Virus record (IMG/VR): IMGVR_UViG_3300021400_000080
Location: 1 to 64,000 of that record
DNA length: 64,000 bases
DNA from: a virus
Taxonomy: Duplodnaviria > Caudoviricetes
Strand: one strand, 5' to 3'
Positions within the stretch are counted from its first letter, which is position 1, and each line of letters opens with the position of its first letter. The position numbers were made by a program, and so were the translations under genes. Shown here in pieces: positions 63,670 to 64,000 of this stretch. Below the pieces are notes generated by a model, which was not told the origin of the DNA, did no database searches, and was given only the letters and a program-made list of their open reading frames with translations.

Positions 63670-63888
63670 TTAGTTGGATGTATATTCCACCCAAAAACCT
63701 ACACACGCGCACGCGCATACGCACGCACGGGCGCGGATGCCCGGCAGATCGCTTTTCTCCGGGGGGAGGGGGGAGGCAACCCCGACCGACACGGGAATGG
63801 TGACGGAGGGGTTATCGGGAAGTCCGAAAGGGTTATCGTCAAGGACCCCACAATCGAACACGGCACGATTACCCCTAACCGAACACAT
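63670..63888 (-). CDS. Hypothetical protein
   Basis: GGAGG SD; tail overlaps an alternating purine-pyrimidine tract. Confidence 0.4.
   Translation of the reverse strand: MCSVRGNRAVFDCGVLDDNPFGLPDNPSVTIPVSVGVASPLPPEKSDLPGIRARACVCACACVGFWVEYTSN
63700..63728. repeat. 29-bp alternating purine-pyrimidine tract (Z-DNA-prone)
   Basis: TACACACGCGCACGCGCATACGCACGCAC. Confidence 0.7.
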
Positions 63889-63892
63889 TACC

Positions 63893-64000
63893 TTACTCCT
63901 CCTTACCCTTACCGATTACTACCCTTGCCGAACACTCGTATGCGGCCTTCACGGCCTCCAATCTGCCCGTTGCTTTCAGCAGCTCGTAGAAGGTCGATTG
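63893..64000 (-). CDS. C-terminus of a gene truncated by the window edge
   Basis: ...QSTFYELLKATGRLEAVKAAYECSARVVIGKGKEE-TAA. Confidence 0.5.
   Translation of the reverse strand, partial: QSTFYELLKATGRLEAVKAAYECSARVVIGKGKEE

Noticed and set aside
63910-63998. RIRVFGKGSNR in an alternative frame resembling the tyrosine-recombinase GKG motif
   Set aside because: A stop follows immediately with no downstream H-x-x-R or Tyr, and the other frame has better codon usage.
1-64000. TAG-to-Gln reassignment (code 15) as in some gut bacteriophages
   Set aside because: TAGs are very rare, absent from the 800-1300 aa genes, and no suppressor tRNA is visible. This fits sparse Pyl use better, although Gln is plausible at the VRR-NUC and EGDS sites and is not formally excluded.
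1-64000. Head-tail (Caudoviricetes) virion module
   Set aside because: No terminase, portal, HK97 capsid or tape-measure protein recognised in the window.
1-64000. Circular closure of the window ends
   Set aside because: No terminal repeat seen and the window length is arbitrary.

Overview
This window looks like part of a large dsDNA virus (or provirus) of a methanogenic archaeon. The most likely host is Methanomassiliicoccales: archaeal TATA boxes and GGAGG/GGTGA SD sites, a divergent PCNA, BspA-type adhesins with xDDADA signal ends, and in-frame amber codons. There are two divergent arms. Positions 1-24.7 kb (minus strand) hold dense small early/accessory genes, including three DNA methyltransferase systems, two Lar-like proteins and PCNA. 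Positions 25-62 kb (mostly plus strand) hold cassettes of small basic proteins, a candidate iteron origin, a D5/SF3 helicase-SNF2-ERF-YqaJ-SSB-VRR-NUC replication/recombination module, and a structural region. That region has three ~75-80 aa two-helix hydrophobic proteins resembling spindle-shaped-virus capsid proteins. I saw no terminase, portal, HK97 capsid, integrase, DNA polymerase, tRNA or CRISPR array. Three systems stand out. (1) At least seven genes contain an in-frame TAG, some inside conserved motifs, and TAG is almost never used as a real stop; this suggests pyrrolysine/amber recoding in a virus. (2) A C5 methyltransferase is split into an intein-containing N-subunit, about 12 free-standing target-recognition-like mini-ORFs (two with TAG, one frameshifted at a G10 tract) and a separate C-subunit. 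(3) Capsid-like helical hairpins carry large Gly-linker-flanked passenger domains, like a natural display system. All family assignments come from motif recognition by eye and need HMM or structure confirmation.
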